NCBI GenBank assembly: GCA_002189035.1
Contig: NEEC01000007.1
Span: 868,001 to 932,000 of the forward strand
Length of the DNA: 64,000 nucleotides
Reading direction: 5' to 3'
Source: Utricularia gibba
Taxonomy: Eukaryota > Plantae > Magnoliophyta
Shown: piece after piece, positions 1 through 12,967 of the stretch
How positions within the stretch are numbered: the first letter of the stretch is position 1
Layout: each line of letters begins with the position of its first letter
The notes under the pieces: generated by a model
Seen by the model: only the letters and a program-made list of their open reading frames with translations
Database searches by the model: none
What the model was told of the DNA's origin: nothing
Program-made: the position numbers and the translations under genes

Positions 1-36
1 CTTTGAAGTAATGAGTTTCAAGATCATTTGTTTCAG

Positions 37-715
37 TGGACAAGGAACCATTTCTCTAGAGCTTTTGGAGCAGATTTCTTCAGTGGATGCCATAATCGTT
101 CCCATCAGTGGTATAATTTAGTCTGTGGATTGGTGCAAGATTCGATTTTTAGTCCTCCAACATTTAATCAAACGTTGTTGTGTTCATCTTTGCATTTCCC
201 ATCGCAGGAGGCGGTTTGATTTCCGGGGTGGCAATAGCAGCCAAATCCATCAACCCCTCGATCAGAGTATTAGCTGCAGAACCAAAAGGCGCAGATGATG
301 CTGCTCGGTCCAAACAAGCTGGCCGCATAGTAATTCAACCTGAGGTCAAGACCATTGCTGATGGCCTTCGAGGTTCTCTTGGATCCTTAACATGGTAACC
401 ACCGCTTCATCTCTTTACCCACTAACACATCAGATTAACAAACCCTTTTCGCCTTCTACCAGGCCTGTAGTACGGGACTTGGTTGACGACATCATAGTTG
501 TCCATGACAAGGAAATCATATATGCCATGCGACTTTGCTATCAAGTTCTGAAGGTAGCAGTGGAGCCAAGTGGTGCCATTGGTCTTGCTGCTGTTCTCTC
601 GGATGGTTTCAAGGGCGACCCTCGTTGGAAGAACTGCAACCATGTTGCCATTATACTCTCCGGGGGCAATGTGGACATGGATGTCTTCTGGGAATCTCTG
701 AATCAACTTGCCTGA
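37..715 (+). CDS. SR: Serine racemase / threonine dehydratase-like PLP enzyme, 3' part (gene begins upstream of window)
   Basis: Exons 37-110, 208-394 and 463-715 with GT-AG introns give ...GQGTISLELLEQ...IIVPISGGGLISG...IADGL...EPSGAIGLAAVL...ILSGGNVD, the typical fold-type II PLP motifs. Confidence 0.92.
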
Positions 716-1076
716 GGAATGATCCTCGCCCTCTCCGGTAGAAGAACAGCAGCAAAATCAACCCAAGAAGCAATATTTTGATGATATGTACTCGTTGCTG
801 TTCCTTCAAGCAATGTTTTGATGATATCGAAAAATTGGCGGCTCCGAGGCGCCGAGCAGATTCATGTTGGGATATTGAAATTTCAAACAATTCTAGGAAG
901 AAAAGAAATTTAAAGAAGTTAATACGTGGCTTTGAAATTGCGAGAAGTTTTGAGGTGTAACTGATATTTCCGAACACTTTGGGGGCTTTATGTTTCAGGG
1001 GGAACCTACATAAGTACATAACTCGTCTTGCTTCCATCCTCCGCCGTCAACCTGCTTAGGGTTCTTCCGTCGAGGT

Positions 1077-3321
1077 ATGGAGGTGGAGACTCCTGCTCCG
1101 GGCTTGTCGTCTTGGAAGGATGCATTGACCAATCTGAGAGATACGCCGCAACAAGAAAGCCAGAAAATCGATCTCTTTCCCGCCGCCGCGGCTCCTGCGA
1201 GCGACGGCCGTGTACTGGTGGGGAGCTGCACGTCATCGAAGGGAATTTCGGTGGCTGTGGTTGACGCTAACGCTATAATACATGGTGGGGAGAAACTTTT
1301 TCACTCTGCTGACCGATTCGTCTCCATTTCGGAAGTCATCAGCGAAATCCGCGACTCGCGTTCTCGCCACGCCCTCAATTTCTTGCCTTTTGATGTTGAT
1401 ATACTTGAGCCGTCGCCTGAGGCGTTGAAGAAAGGTATTCTTATCTCTTCAGCCGTAAGTGTTTTCCGTTGTATCTTTTTGGTTGTTGTTACTTGCCCTA
1501 GACTAGATGTTTGCAACCCTCATGTCTAGAAGGTGATCATTGACTTGGCGGCATCCATCTGGGGTTATTTTTCTCAGTAACACGTTCTCGTGTATACTTA
1601 ATTTTGCAGTGATCAGCTTCGCGAAAGCCACAGGTGATTTCCGAACGCTTTCCGATGTGGATTTAAAGCTAATTGCTTTAACTTATATGTTCGAGGTTCA
1701 ACTGCATGGGACACAGCATCTCAGAGAAAATCCGCCTCCCATTCAAGCAGTTAATGTTAAAAGGCTTCCTGAGAAGGATTTACCCGGCTGGGGTTCGAAT
1801 GTGCCGAATATAGAGGAATGGGAAGCACTGGACCGTGCAGATGAGGATATATCAAATCAAAAATCCCGGATTTTACCTCTTCAAAATCTGAGCTTTGATA
1901 CCTTCGATACTCATTCTCCTGATCAACATCTTCCAGGGGATGCTTCAAAGGGAGATGGAATGGACTCAGAGGCCCCAAATCTTCCGGATGTTGATGATGC
2001 CCCTAAAAAGCCACATCGATCCCCCATCAAGAAAAGAGAGGTGAAAATTGATGGCAAAAAGATGGTGGCTGCAGGGATTGATGCATCACAGGGTCAGGAT
2101 GTGGATGATTCGGATGATTGGCGTCCTGCTGTGAGTCGAAGTACTCATAGAAGGTTTTTAAGGAGAAAAGCCAGACGTGAAATGAGTCAGGCGTCATCTG
2201 AGCTGGACAGCCATCATGAAACACCGGATGTTATGGTGAAGGACGATGTAGATGATTCTGCTTGTCCCGGACTTCTGATTGATGAGGCTAATGATGAAGA
2301 TGGAGGTATCTCATCTTCTTTAAATGGGATGAAACTCATTGAAGAAAGCCTGGATTGCTTAGATGTTATGCCAGAGAAAATTGAATCCAATGGCGTTGAC
2401 ACAACAGATTCTCCTGATAATTTACCACAGGATCATGTTAGTGATCATGAACTGGGGATATCAGAGACATGTAGCCAGAAATTTGAAACTAGAGATGATG
2501 TAAGTAGCGAACAGAGCTGGACACTCAGGTCCCTGTCGGAGTCTAGTGTGGCTTGCGTAACTAGTGACTTTGCCATGCAAAATGTGATCCTTCAGATGGG
2601 ATTGCGCCTTCTGGCTCCAGGAGGAATGCAGATACGTGAGCTTCATCGGTATGATGTTCGCAAAGAGAGTTGGATGATTTCTTTTCTTTATGAACTATAA
2701 ATTTGAACCTTTTCTAGGTGGGTGCTGAAATGCCATGCTTGCTTTAAAGTCACCACAGAGATTGATAGGATATTCTGCCCATCGTGTGGGAATGGTGGTA
2801 CGCTTCGCAAAGTAGCTGTGACTGTTAATGAGAATGGGGCCGTAATCGCATCTCGCCGATCTAGGATATCCCTGCGTGGGACAAAGGTGCCCCTGTGACT
2901 CCATTTTCGTGCCTCTTAATCCTCAGGATACAATAAAGTTCATTAAAGTATTTTTTTTTACAGTTCTCACTTCCATTGCCCCAAGGCGGTAGGGATGCGG
3001 TTACCGTGAATCCTATTTTACGCGAAGATCAACTTCCTCAGAAATTTTTGTATCCTAAGACAAAGAAAAAGAATAAACAGGTTGGTTGCTACATTCCAAA
3101 GATATTTCTCTGATTAGGTTGAGCTCTTTTATTATCTCAACTTTTCTAAGCGGTTGGGGCAATGATCTCTACAGGAAGATGACTTCTTTATTCCAGATGA
3201 CATTTTCCGACATCATGGTGGAAAGAAATCTTCTAACCAACCTCCATTAAGGAAAGCAGTTTCAATATTCAGTGGAAGAAGGAATCCCAACGACAACCAT
3301 TTTGCCCCTCCGAAACGATAA
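1077..3321 (+). CDS. NOB1: NOB1 20S pre-rRNA endonuclease (PIN domain + Zn ribbon)
   Basis: Exons 1077-1434, 1610-2648, 2718-2886, 2964-3080 and 3175-3321. PIN motifs VVDANAII, LSDVDLKLIAL and TSDFAMQNVILQMG; Zn ribbon KCHAC...FCPSCGN; TAA at 3319-3321. Confidence 0.95.
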
Positions 3322-3426
3322 GTTGTGGCTCTCCATGTTCAGCATCATTCAGCATGGATTTGCTACTCTACTTATTCCTATGGTTCACCCAAAAATTTTT
3401 TCTCTTATATATCTCATCTGTTCCGG

Positions 3427-6400
3427 TCAACTGATGTAATCCAATATACGCGGCGATTTTGTCAGTGCAATGAACATAGTGGATTTCTGCGAGATGTTTA
3501 ATTGTAATTTCAACATGAGTAGCACTATGGTTGGTGATATTTTACAGGACTTCCAGACAATCAACGCAGAAGGGCAACGTATACTTTTCTGTGTTATTTT
3601 TGTCTGAATGGTGCTTCGAGTCAACATGGGGGCTGCGGTTGTTAAGATGAATTCTGTGCATACACGAGCTTGCGAACTTGTAGAAAGTTGTTGCCTCTTC
3701 CCCTCAACTTTTGCAAGCATGAGACTTGTTTCTGAATATGTCTCCTGCAATTTCCTTGAGTTTAGTTTCCATTAACTTGTTCCTCTTCTTGGGTTGCACC
3801 ATCTCGGCAGTATCTCCCTGCGGTTTTTCTTGCAGCATGATAAACCTTCTGTTTGGACAGTGAATCGAGATTCAGATAGCAGCACCTCTGCCTTCAAGGT
3901 ATTCTTGTCAACTTGAAACTAGTAAATAAGCTCAAAACTAGTGTATGCGTCGTAGAAGTATTCTACCTGTTGGGAGCTTGTGACCCGTGATCAGTTACCT
4001 GTATGATTTGTAGAAACCGTTAGAAACTCATGACACTGAATAAATTTATCCAAAGCAGATCGTAGTGTTTAAAGCTTGTCTTCATATATAATCATCCCCT
4101 AGAATCCATCATCTATGTTTAGAGTTATGTTCTTACGTGAATGAGTTGAGTAGGCCCTTCCGTTACTTCTTTTCTTTTAGAATCTTTACGTTCTAAAAGA
4201 CTCAACCAACCTTTTGGGTTTCATTGCCACTATGATGGTTCCTGTGTTGTCTAGGAGCACAACTTGTTCCTTCTGGTTCTTCGATTTTGCAGGGAATGTG
4301 CTTTTCCTTCTCCAGAAATGCCTTGCTTGGCATCTGAAGTTCCGTTTCCTTCAGTTTGCAGTTATCCTAGCGATAATGTAAGAAAAATGAGTGTCTGATG
4401 CTAAATACATGTCACAAAGAAACACAACAAAAGTTTTACCTGCAGGAACTTAATTTTCTCCTTACAATTCAGGATCCCTTCGGAATCGTGAGGAGCTGGC
4501 TTCCTTGATTTCGAAGTTGTGCCACTGCCAGTGCTATCCCCCATCTTCATTACTGTTCTGATAAACATGTCCTCTTTAATCTTCGTATCACTCTCCAACT
4601 GAACTACTTGTTTCATCTCATCCCTGAGCATCAAAATTTCATCTGACAAAAGCCTTTTAGTTTCTTCAGCAACGGCTTTCTGATGCTGGAGCAGCAGTTC
4701 TTTACCCTCAATTTGTATCTGCAGGTTCTTTATTTCGTTCTCCAAGGAATTCACTTGCTTCACCAGCTGCTCCAGTCGAATCTCATACTGATCCCTGATG
4801 GATTGCTTTTCCTCTATAGCCACCTTGATCCGTTCTTCCAAACATGCTTTCTGCAACCGCAGTTCATTAGCTTCTGTCAGTGCCTTTACAGCCAGTCTCT
4901 CGTTGGCCTCGAAGGTCGATTCCATCTGCATTGAAAGCCTTTTAACTTCCTCTTGAAGCCGGTCCGCCATAATAGCGTTCTGCAACCGTGCCTTTCTCAG
5001 TTCTTCCTCAGCTGTCCGTACCCTTTTTTCCTGGCAGCACAAAAGATGCTCAAGGTCAGCTTCCAAGCACCGGGCTTGCTTGTTACTTCCATCTTCTAAC
5101 TTGCTGATGTGATCCTCGAGCTCCCTTATTCTCTCTAACGCAGTTTCTGTTTCTTCTGATTGGCTCTCGAGTTTTATCTCAAGATTCCCTATCTGGGCTT
5201 CCAATTCTTTGCACGATGAGTATTCACACTGAATCTTCAGCTCTTCCCGGAGCTGGATATGCTGAAGATTGTTAACCATTTCGTGATTATCTTGTTTCAT
5301 GATCTCATAATCAAGTGCTAGCTGCTCCATTTGCATCTCTAACTCATCTTTATCCCGTTTATACATCTGTAACTCACTGTGCATCCGCATTATCTGCTGT
5401 TCAAGCAGATACGAATCCTTCACCTCACCAGGCTCATTCACAAGCTCTTCAAGAGCTTTCTGTTCCTTGTCATCATCTACTCCTCTGACAGTTTCCGACT
5501 TCGAGTTCTGCATCGCCTGAAGCCGAACCTGAAGACTGGAGGTAAGCTGCTTCTGATGATGCAGCTCCTGTATGAGCTCTTCCATGAAAGCTCTGCACTC
5601 ATCTCCCTCATGTGCCAGAGTTTTCCCACCTTCAACAGAGCTTGCAGACCGTTCTAAAACTCGGAGTTTTTCACATTCTAACTTCAACGAGTCCCGCTCC
5701 TCCTTCACCAGGATGAGTTCCTGGAATAGCCCTTCCCCTCTTTTGCTCTCCTTGGTGATCTGTTTGCGGAGCGTTTCAACTTCCATGTCTGATATCTGTG
5801 CTTGTCTCGACAAAGCCCTGATCTCAGATTTGAGCTTTTCTACTACAGCATCAGATTCCTCTTCCAAGTTTAGTCTCACGAAACTTTCCCCTGGTATGGT
5901 GAAAGAATCATTCCTAAGCCATTCCCAGTCTGACTTGTGCCCTTCCTCGAGAACCAAGTTGTTTGGATCCACACCACTGCACTTTGAGTCCGCCTGCCAA
6001 GGAATTTCAACGCCGGAGCTGCTGCCGGAGCTTGACATCGTCAGATCAGAGCCACTGGATGCTCGGTGTCGAGAAACTGTTGAGACTCCCTTGCTCAATG
6101 AGGTATCCTGTTGTGAACCAAAACATTGATCATATCCAAAGAAGGAAAAAGGGAGAATTCTTTTGCCAGAAGAGATGGGAAGAATACATCTGGAATGCTC
6201 TTGACAGCTTCATCGACATCTTCGCTGCTCATTCGGGACATCAAACTGCTCTCTTTGTATCTCAGTTTCGCATCCTCCGGCCGGTCATTTCCTCTATGAA
6301 ACCATGAGGAAGATCAAGCATTTACAAGATGCAGAAGGGAAGAACAAGGCAAAAGACCAACCTCTGATCATGAGAGTCTTTCATCCTCTGGATCAACACC

Positions 6401-7114
6401 TATTCGGTTTTGAAAAAAGAAAAGGAAGAAGATGAACTATGTTTCGCACAAAAACAGCAGCAAACACTAGAATCCTCATGTAACAGGTACTACTCACATT
6501 CAGTACACCTGTTTTTGAACTCTTGAGGGGAAGAGAAACCAGTGTGACCTTGAATGCTTCAACATATTTTGCAAGATCAATCGAAGCTTCTCCAATAACG
6601 CTGGATTTCGATGATCCCTGAAAGTAGAAAACATCACAAGCAGTGGTAGTTAGCTTTCAGTGGTCTCTCAATCTGCTGGCTACAGAGAAAATAAAAGAAA
6701 AACAAGCAGCTACACCGTTGCTAGAACAAAGCGGTAAGTTCTTTCATGAAATTTCCCCGATATCGGGTCTGAACTGAACTTCACAGCTTCATAAACAGGA
6801 TTATCCCAGAGAATACTCTCTTCACAAACGACTGCTTTATCAGATTTTACACTTGGTTTTCCAGTATCACCAGGAACCACAGATACTATCAAGCCTTCAT
6901 CTCCAACAGATTGAACCTAAAATTCGAATCAGGAAACCATTTCAGACTCTGCAGAACGACATACATAGAACCGGAAAATTGGTTCTTCTTCGTGTCATCA
7001 TTCCGATTAAAAACCAGAGTACAAAAAAACAAGTACCTTAGCTGCATGGAAACGCAGCTGGAATACGACTTTCACCGTATTTTTCTCAATTTTCCACCTA
7101 CCAGACCTGAACAT
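3427..7114 (-). CDS. EEIG1/EHBP1-type NT-C2 domain + long coiled-coil ('myosin heavy chain-related') protein; C-terminus degenerate
   Basis: Exon 1 7114-7037 (MFRSGRWKIEKNTVKVVFQLRFHAAK), then VVPGDTGKP...WDNPVYE and GSSKSSVIGEASIDLA exons. A large coiled-coil exon ends at 4440, followed by small 3' exons. The C-terminal motif is split by a +1 indel near 3750, so the stop is at 3704 or 3427. The 3' exon structure is uncertain. Confidence 0.8.
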
Positions 7115-10100
7115 TTTCACTTTCAACTCCTCAAAGCTTCAAAGCCAACTCATTCTTTTTCTGAAAATCGGCCTCTCAAGCTGCATAAAAGAAGTCCGAA
7201 AAGAAAACCCAGGTGGGCAAGTGGCTATTCAAAGGAGGTTCAATGCAGAGTTATAGCTCCGTTTCTTTAGACAAAAGAAATGGCGTCTTTGATTCGTTTG
7301 TGAAGTTCCCGACTCCGGTGGCTCCTACCCTTTTGTCGCTACCGCCACAACGCAAAAGTGCATCCTCTTTTGCGTATGGCGTTGCCTCCAAGTTGCTGCC
7401 ACACTCATGAAGAGTGAAGAGGAGCAAGAAGCAATAATAAAACTGTGACGCCTTCGCCCCTGTCTCTTGTAATTACTAAACATGTGTCGGCAAAATTATT
7501 TGTTTTCGCTACAGCAGGTAAATAGTCAACACAAAATAATGGAACACCACTTCTTTCTTTAAATTTCATAAATTTCCGATTTTAGATTTTTTTACTCCAA
7601 AATTTGCTCAAAGATTTCACTTTATGTATCAAATATGAAATTTTAAATTTTTCTGAAAGTTCTCCCACAAAATTTGGCATTTTCCATAAAATGAATATAA
7701 AAAGACACGTTATAAAATACAGAGAATCGATTTGTGCCTTTGAAATAAAATTCATTAACATGAAAAATTGACTGATTACCAATCCACAGTATTATAATAT
7801 TAAGAAATTCTATTTTCTTGTTTTTGAAAAAAAGGTTTGACATCAACAGCATATTAAAATAATACGTATAAATATCATGAAAAATAAGTTCATTATTCAA
7901 CGGGGTGTTCCTCATATTTTTATCACAATTGTTGTTTTTATTATTCAAATATTTACCCTATTGTCAAATGGTGCAGTTAGCCCAACCCCATGATACAAAA
8001 GCATTGTACATATGTTATGACTAACGTTTATTTTGTACGATATTGCTAAATATTTAGCAATATTATTTTTAAATGACCACACATCTTAAAATTATCTCAC
8101 TAGCATACTTAATTATGTAGTTATTACCAAGGATACTTCATCATTTTCAAAAGAAGATCTTATATAAGATTTGATTAGTTATTCTATTTAATTTCTTCAT
8201 TTACTTTCATATGTAACTGATGTTATATTCGTCTAAATTGATTCTATCATACTTCATTGAGTTTACAACATATCATCTCATACTTTAAACTATTTGAAAC
8301 CAAAGGAATAACAAACGTTTTAAATAGATCGGATACAGTTTCACTACTCCATAAATATACTTATTAATCGATTCATTAATCAAACCTGATGATCTGATCC
8401 AACCGCTGGAATGTCCATTCGGTGTGTGTGTTGTTGTGGGTGGAAAAAATCATGTGTTCCAAAAATGGCATTCTGTAGGAGCAAATAAGTTTATCTACTT
8501 TTGATGCTCCATGTTTTGTCAATTCGCATTCATTTCACCATCTGCCTTCGCTAAATTATTCAATGCCTTGTCAATAATTGGTACTCACACAGTGAAATGC
8601 CCCTCAAAACAAAAATATATAAAATTAGAACTTTGTTCTTATTTTTGATAAGCTACGTACCATCAACCTTCATTTCTTTTAGAAATACGACACACACCTG
8701 ACACGTGTGCCCTAAAAAAGATTAAATTTTTTTAGTTCTAAAAATATATGAAAATGGTGTCACGTCTGTCTGTATTGACACTTAAACCGTTGATGATGCA
8801 CCGCACGTCCGTACACACACACAATAATAGAGGAGGATTAATCTCTAAACCGATACTGGAGTAGGGGGCGGACTCCATGATCACAACAATAATTCACAAT
8901 GATTAGACCTAATCCTCAATATTTTTGGCATAACCCAAAGTATTTTGGTCATTTATTTAATTCTGAAATGAATATTTATTTTTGGAGAGGCATGTCATGA
9001 ACCACCCAGCCCTTTGCATTTATGGGATGCCTACTCACCCGAAAATGTGGGCCGCATTAATCAGGTTTGATGCTGGGTGGGGGTAACATCCTGAACCCAA
9101 AACATTATTTTACTATTCCATATAAAAATTTATATTTAAAAAATTATAAAATACTTAGGTAGTTGGATACAAAATCATTTTTTTTTAAAATGTAAAAGTT
9201 AATGTTGTATTTTAATATTATGGAATTAAATTATATCTATTTTTTAAAAAATATATATATTTGAATAAATACATATATATATACGATTAAGTGTGATAAA
9301 ATTGGTCTACTACTAATTAAATATACGATTAATACATACTATTTAATATAAAAACAAAATTTTATGTTCTACCAAAACAGTAATTTTATTTTGTTTTTGG
9401 TGAGGTACGGACACATGAAATATTTATGATATTAAAATTAAATCTTCCAAATTGGAGCGCAGCACAATAAAAAGGAAGGATATTTGTGAATATAAATGCA
9501 TTTAATTTCGATAATTGATTGGGCTTCAAGTGCATCGTTGGGAACGAGATTGATCTCATTAAATGTTTCATCAAATTTTGGTGAGGCATTAAAAAAAAGT
9601 GGCTGCAAATAATTATATTTCCCAAGTTGGATTTTCTTGCACATAAAATTCCTTTTTTGGGGGGTTTCAACGCCGATTCGTGTCTTTTTTGTTCCTAAAA
9701 GGCTTGTGGATAGCGACTCGTGGGTGAAAATTTATGAACGTCTTTTCGCATTTTTAATACGCACCCAATATTCTATGCCAATATGATATGATATGCTATG
9801 CTATGTGATGTGAGGAAGCTTTATAATGACATATATGTTGTGACATTCAATCCAGATAAGATCATTCGTTAAATAGTTATATGTATTAAATTTTGATTGA
9901 GTTAGTAATTAAATTTTAAAATTTTAATTATTTGTGTTTACTATAAGTTGTATTTTATTTTATTGTAATATTATATCGTTATATTAATATTGTTTTTTTT
10001 TTGAATTATTTATGAATAATGTTGCATTGTTTTAGTTTCTAGGTTATATGGCCCTTAAGACCTCATCAAGAAAGGATGGAAAAAGATTAGATTAATCTCA

Positions 10101-10792
10101 TATCGATTACAAAATGAGAAAAAATACAAGAAAGAGATAGAATTGATGTAGTGTAAGACAACTTAAGTTAAACGAAGATAAATAAAACGAATAAACGATC
10201 AAATGTACAGTATGTAGATAATATGTAAAGAATAAAGTATATAGAAAAAAATAAAAAGTGATAAATTGTCATAAAGTTATCTAAGAATTGAAAATCTTAA
10301 TGTCTTCGGCTTTTCCCAAAAATTCATCCTCATGTGCTACGAGTATTTTCATTACGGTCATGGTGACAAGGATATGCTCATCTAAAACCATATTCTAATT
10401 GGAACATGAAAGTTTGAGCTAGCGACTGAATTGGGTTGGGCCGGGCCCAAAGAATGAGCCTGACTCATGGACGTGCCCATATAACACGATTATTTCCTTC
10501 AATTCACGTTTTCAAATCAGCTCATATCCTTTTTTTTTTTCCCCTTTTTCATGAATTGGAGCCACAGATTTGGAATTGCAGATTTTGGTCGATGTGTATT
10601 GTTTGGATTTTGTGTTCATGATCCTCGATTTCTTGTTGAGACTGTAATTTCTCTGAGGGGAAGCGAGTTGCAATTCGAGAAGATTCGTGTTCAAAGGCAG
10701 ATAACAAAACAGAGAAATGAAGCAAGAAGTTCCGGAGTATCAGACAATCCAGCAGGAGGAAATGATTCTGTTTTTTCAGGTTTAGGGTACTT

Positions 10793-11894
10793 TCAGGTGT
10801 AAGTGCAAGTGTCCTTTTTGAACTTGATAGGCTTGTTGCTCGCTGAATCGACGGTCATGGGGCAGGAAACCTTTCTCCGATGCATTGTCCTAACTAGTGT
10901 GCCGACAATATCTCCTTTGGATATGAGTTCAAAAGTCAGTGATAATGGTACCTGAACAGGTCCCTCGGTGGATGGTAAATTTGAGCCAGCTCCGTACAGG
11001 GGAACCTTGGTTCCTGCTATTTGCACCACCACATTCTTGTGGCTTTCCCTTGGTTGAAAGTAGTGTTGGAACTGTAATAATACTAGAATCAGAACAACCA
11101 TTGTTGTTGTTTTTGTTTGAATGGATGTTGAGTTTTGTTGAAAGACGATACCTTTCCATTTGCGACAATGATGTCGGAGTAGATGAGATCCACAGAAGGT
11201 GAGCTGAGATGCATTCCGTAGAATGTGGCTGGATTATATACACTGATCCTTAGTGTTCCGTTAATGTTAAACATTTTTGTAGGAACTCCAGTGGAGTCTG
11301 CGCCGGAGCCAATGAAAAAATTGTTGACAGTAAGGCTCTGCAGAAGCCAGGAGAATTTCTGATGAATCATATGTTGAATGTGATCAATGAGCTATAGAAG
11401 CAAAATAAGGTTGGAGAGTTCGTTACCCTGACAGCAATCACAGGCTTGTAATTTCTTCCTGCACCCCATATGATCAAGCAAAAAACTGTAAACAGCAGGA
11501 CAAAGCCAAGAAAAGCCATCAGAGCTTGACATCTTCTGGTCAACCTTTTCTCCTTTTCATACTCATCATACTCCCCCTCTTCCATAATTACATCACATTC
11601 AGGCCACCCTTTATCATTTCTTTTCCGGCCACCATTTTTTCGGCCGGAAGAAGACCGAAAGATGCCGGAGAATCGGCTGGCGGATGAGTTTCTGGAATGG
11701 CGCCCGAATGAAGGGTGTGATGGAGACTCCATGGGACTATTGAAATTGGGAGTTGGTTGCATGTTGGAGGATTTGTCTCCATCATGAGAATCCCTTGAAG
11801 GGCTTTGCACATAGTATACTGGTCTCTTTGGAGATCTGGGAGGAGATGTTGTAGCTATGCTTGTGATATCAGACTCTGACTTTGTGTGCTGCAT
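10793..11894 (-). CDS. LEA_2 / NHL-type hydroxyproline-rich membrane protein
   Basis: Exons 11894-11427, 11337-11152 and 11071-10793. N-terminus MQHTKSESDITSIATTSPPRSPKRPVYYVQSPSRDSHDGDK, one TM helix, LEA_2 domain (VYNPATFYG...VPLYGAG). Confidence 0.88.
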
Positions 11895-12967
11895 TTTATC
11901 AATACAGCACAACTCGTTTCTCCAAGATTCAACTGATCAGAAAACAACATCCATTGACGCTTCTTCTCCAGAGATTACCCTGAAACACCAATACCAATGA
12001 CCGCAACACAGGAATTATTCATTTCTAATCAAGTTTCAGGAATCATGCTGCAAGCAAAAATCGTTAAACAAAAGGTCAACAAGGATGGGATTTTCATCCC
12101 ATTCCAAGAAAACCCAGAAAGGAAAAGATGCAACTTTGCTTCAATTCAGAGCAATCACAGCTGTCGAAACAAAACCCAATTGAGAAATCAAGAAAGTTTA
12201 CCAAGGAAACATCCACAGTGTGTATCTGTCGTGAACTCGCAGCGTTGTGGCGATGGAGAAGAAGCTAAGTAGAAAGAATGGTGTGGTGGTTGGTTCTTCT
12301 GGGTTGGAGTTCGGGTTCGGAGAGTGTCGGCAACAGTTAGTCCTGTCAAACACAAGATGGTGGACCTCTTTTTACACCTTACGTTTGGAATATGTAGCTG
12401 TCGACAGTCAAACTACTCTGAACTTCCACTAAATAAATTATCTGAGAGGTTGATTTCGAGTTTCTAGTAAAAAAATTCACATTTTGCATCACCACAAGAT
12501 GCTTCTTTATACATTCAAAATCTAAAAACCACCCACGATGTATTTCATACATGAAAACATCTAGGAGCTCGACTCCCAGAAGGATGACAATGTCCAGCTT
12601 CGAAGACAAACAGCGGTTGGCATCGGTGGTGCGTTGTCAGAATCAATGGGTTAGTTTCATTGTCTGCATCAAAATGGTTCGTGGAGTTCTTGACAACATG
12701 TCAATAATTTTGAAGATGACCCACAGAAAAGGGAAGGGCTACCATCCGTTTGACCCACCCTAATGCCGGAAATGAGCTGTGAAGCTTTAGAATTATTAGA
12801 CACTAGAGCTATGAAGCGGAACATGGCATTCTTTCCTACAGAAATGGTCGAGATCCGATAGCATTCTGAGCTACGACAATTCAACAAGATGCAGACATCA
12901 ACTTTTCTTCAAGTTCTTGTAAGATCCATCAAGAAATACGGCTACATCACATATGACAAGGGCTTGA

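Noticed and set aside
5572-6129. Long antisense or overlapping ORFs (5572-6129+, 37944-38519-, 40316-40894+, 61416-62090+ and similar)
   Set aside because: They lie opposite well-supported genes, lack recognisable motifs and are explained as shadow ORFs.
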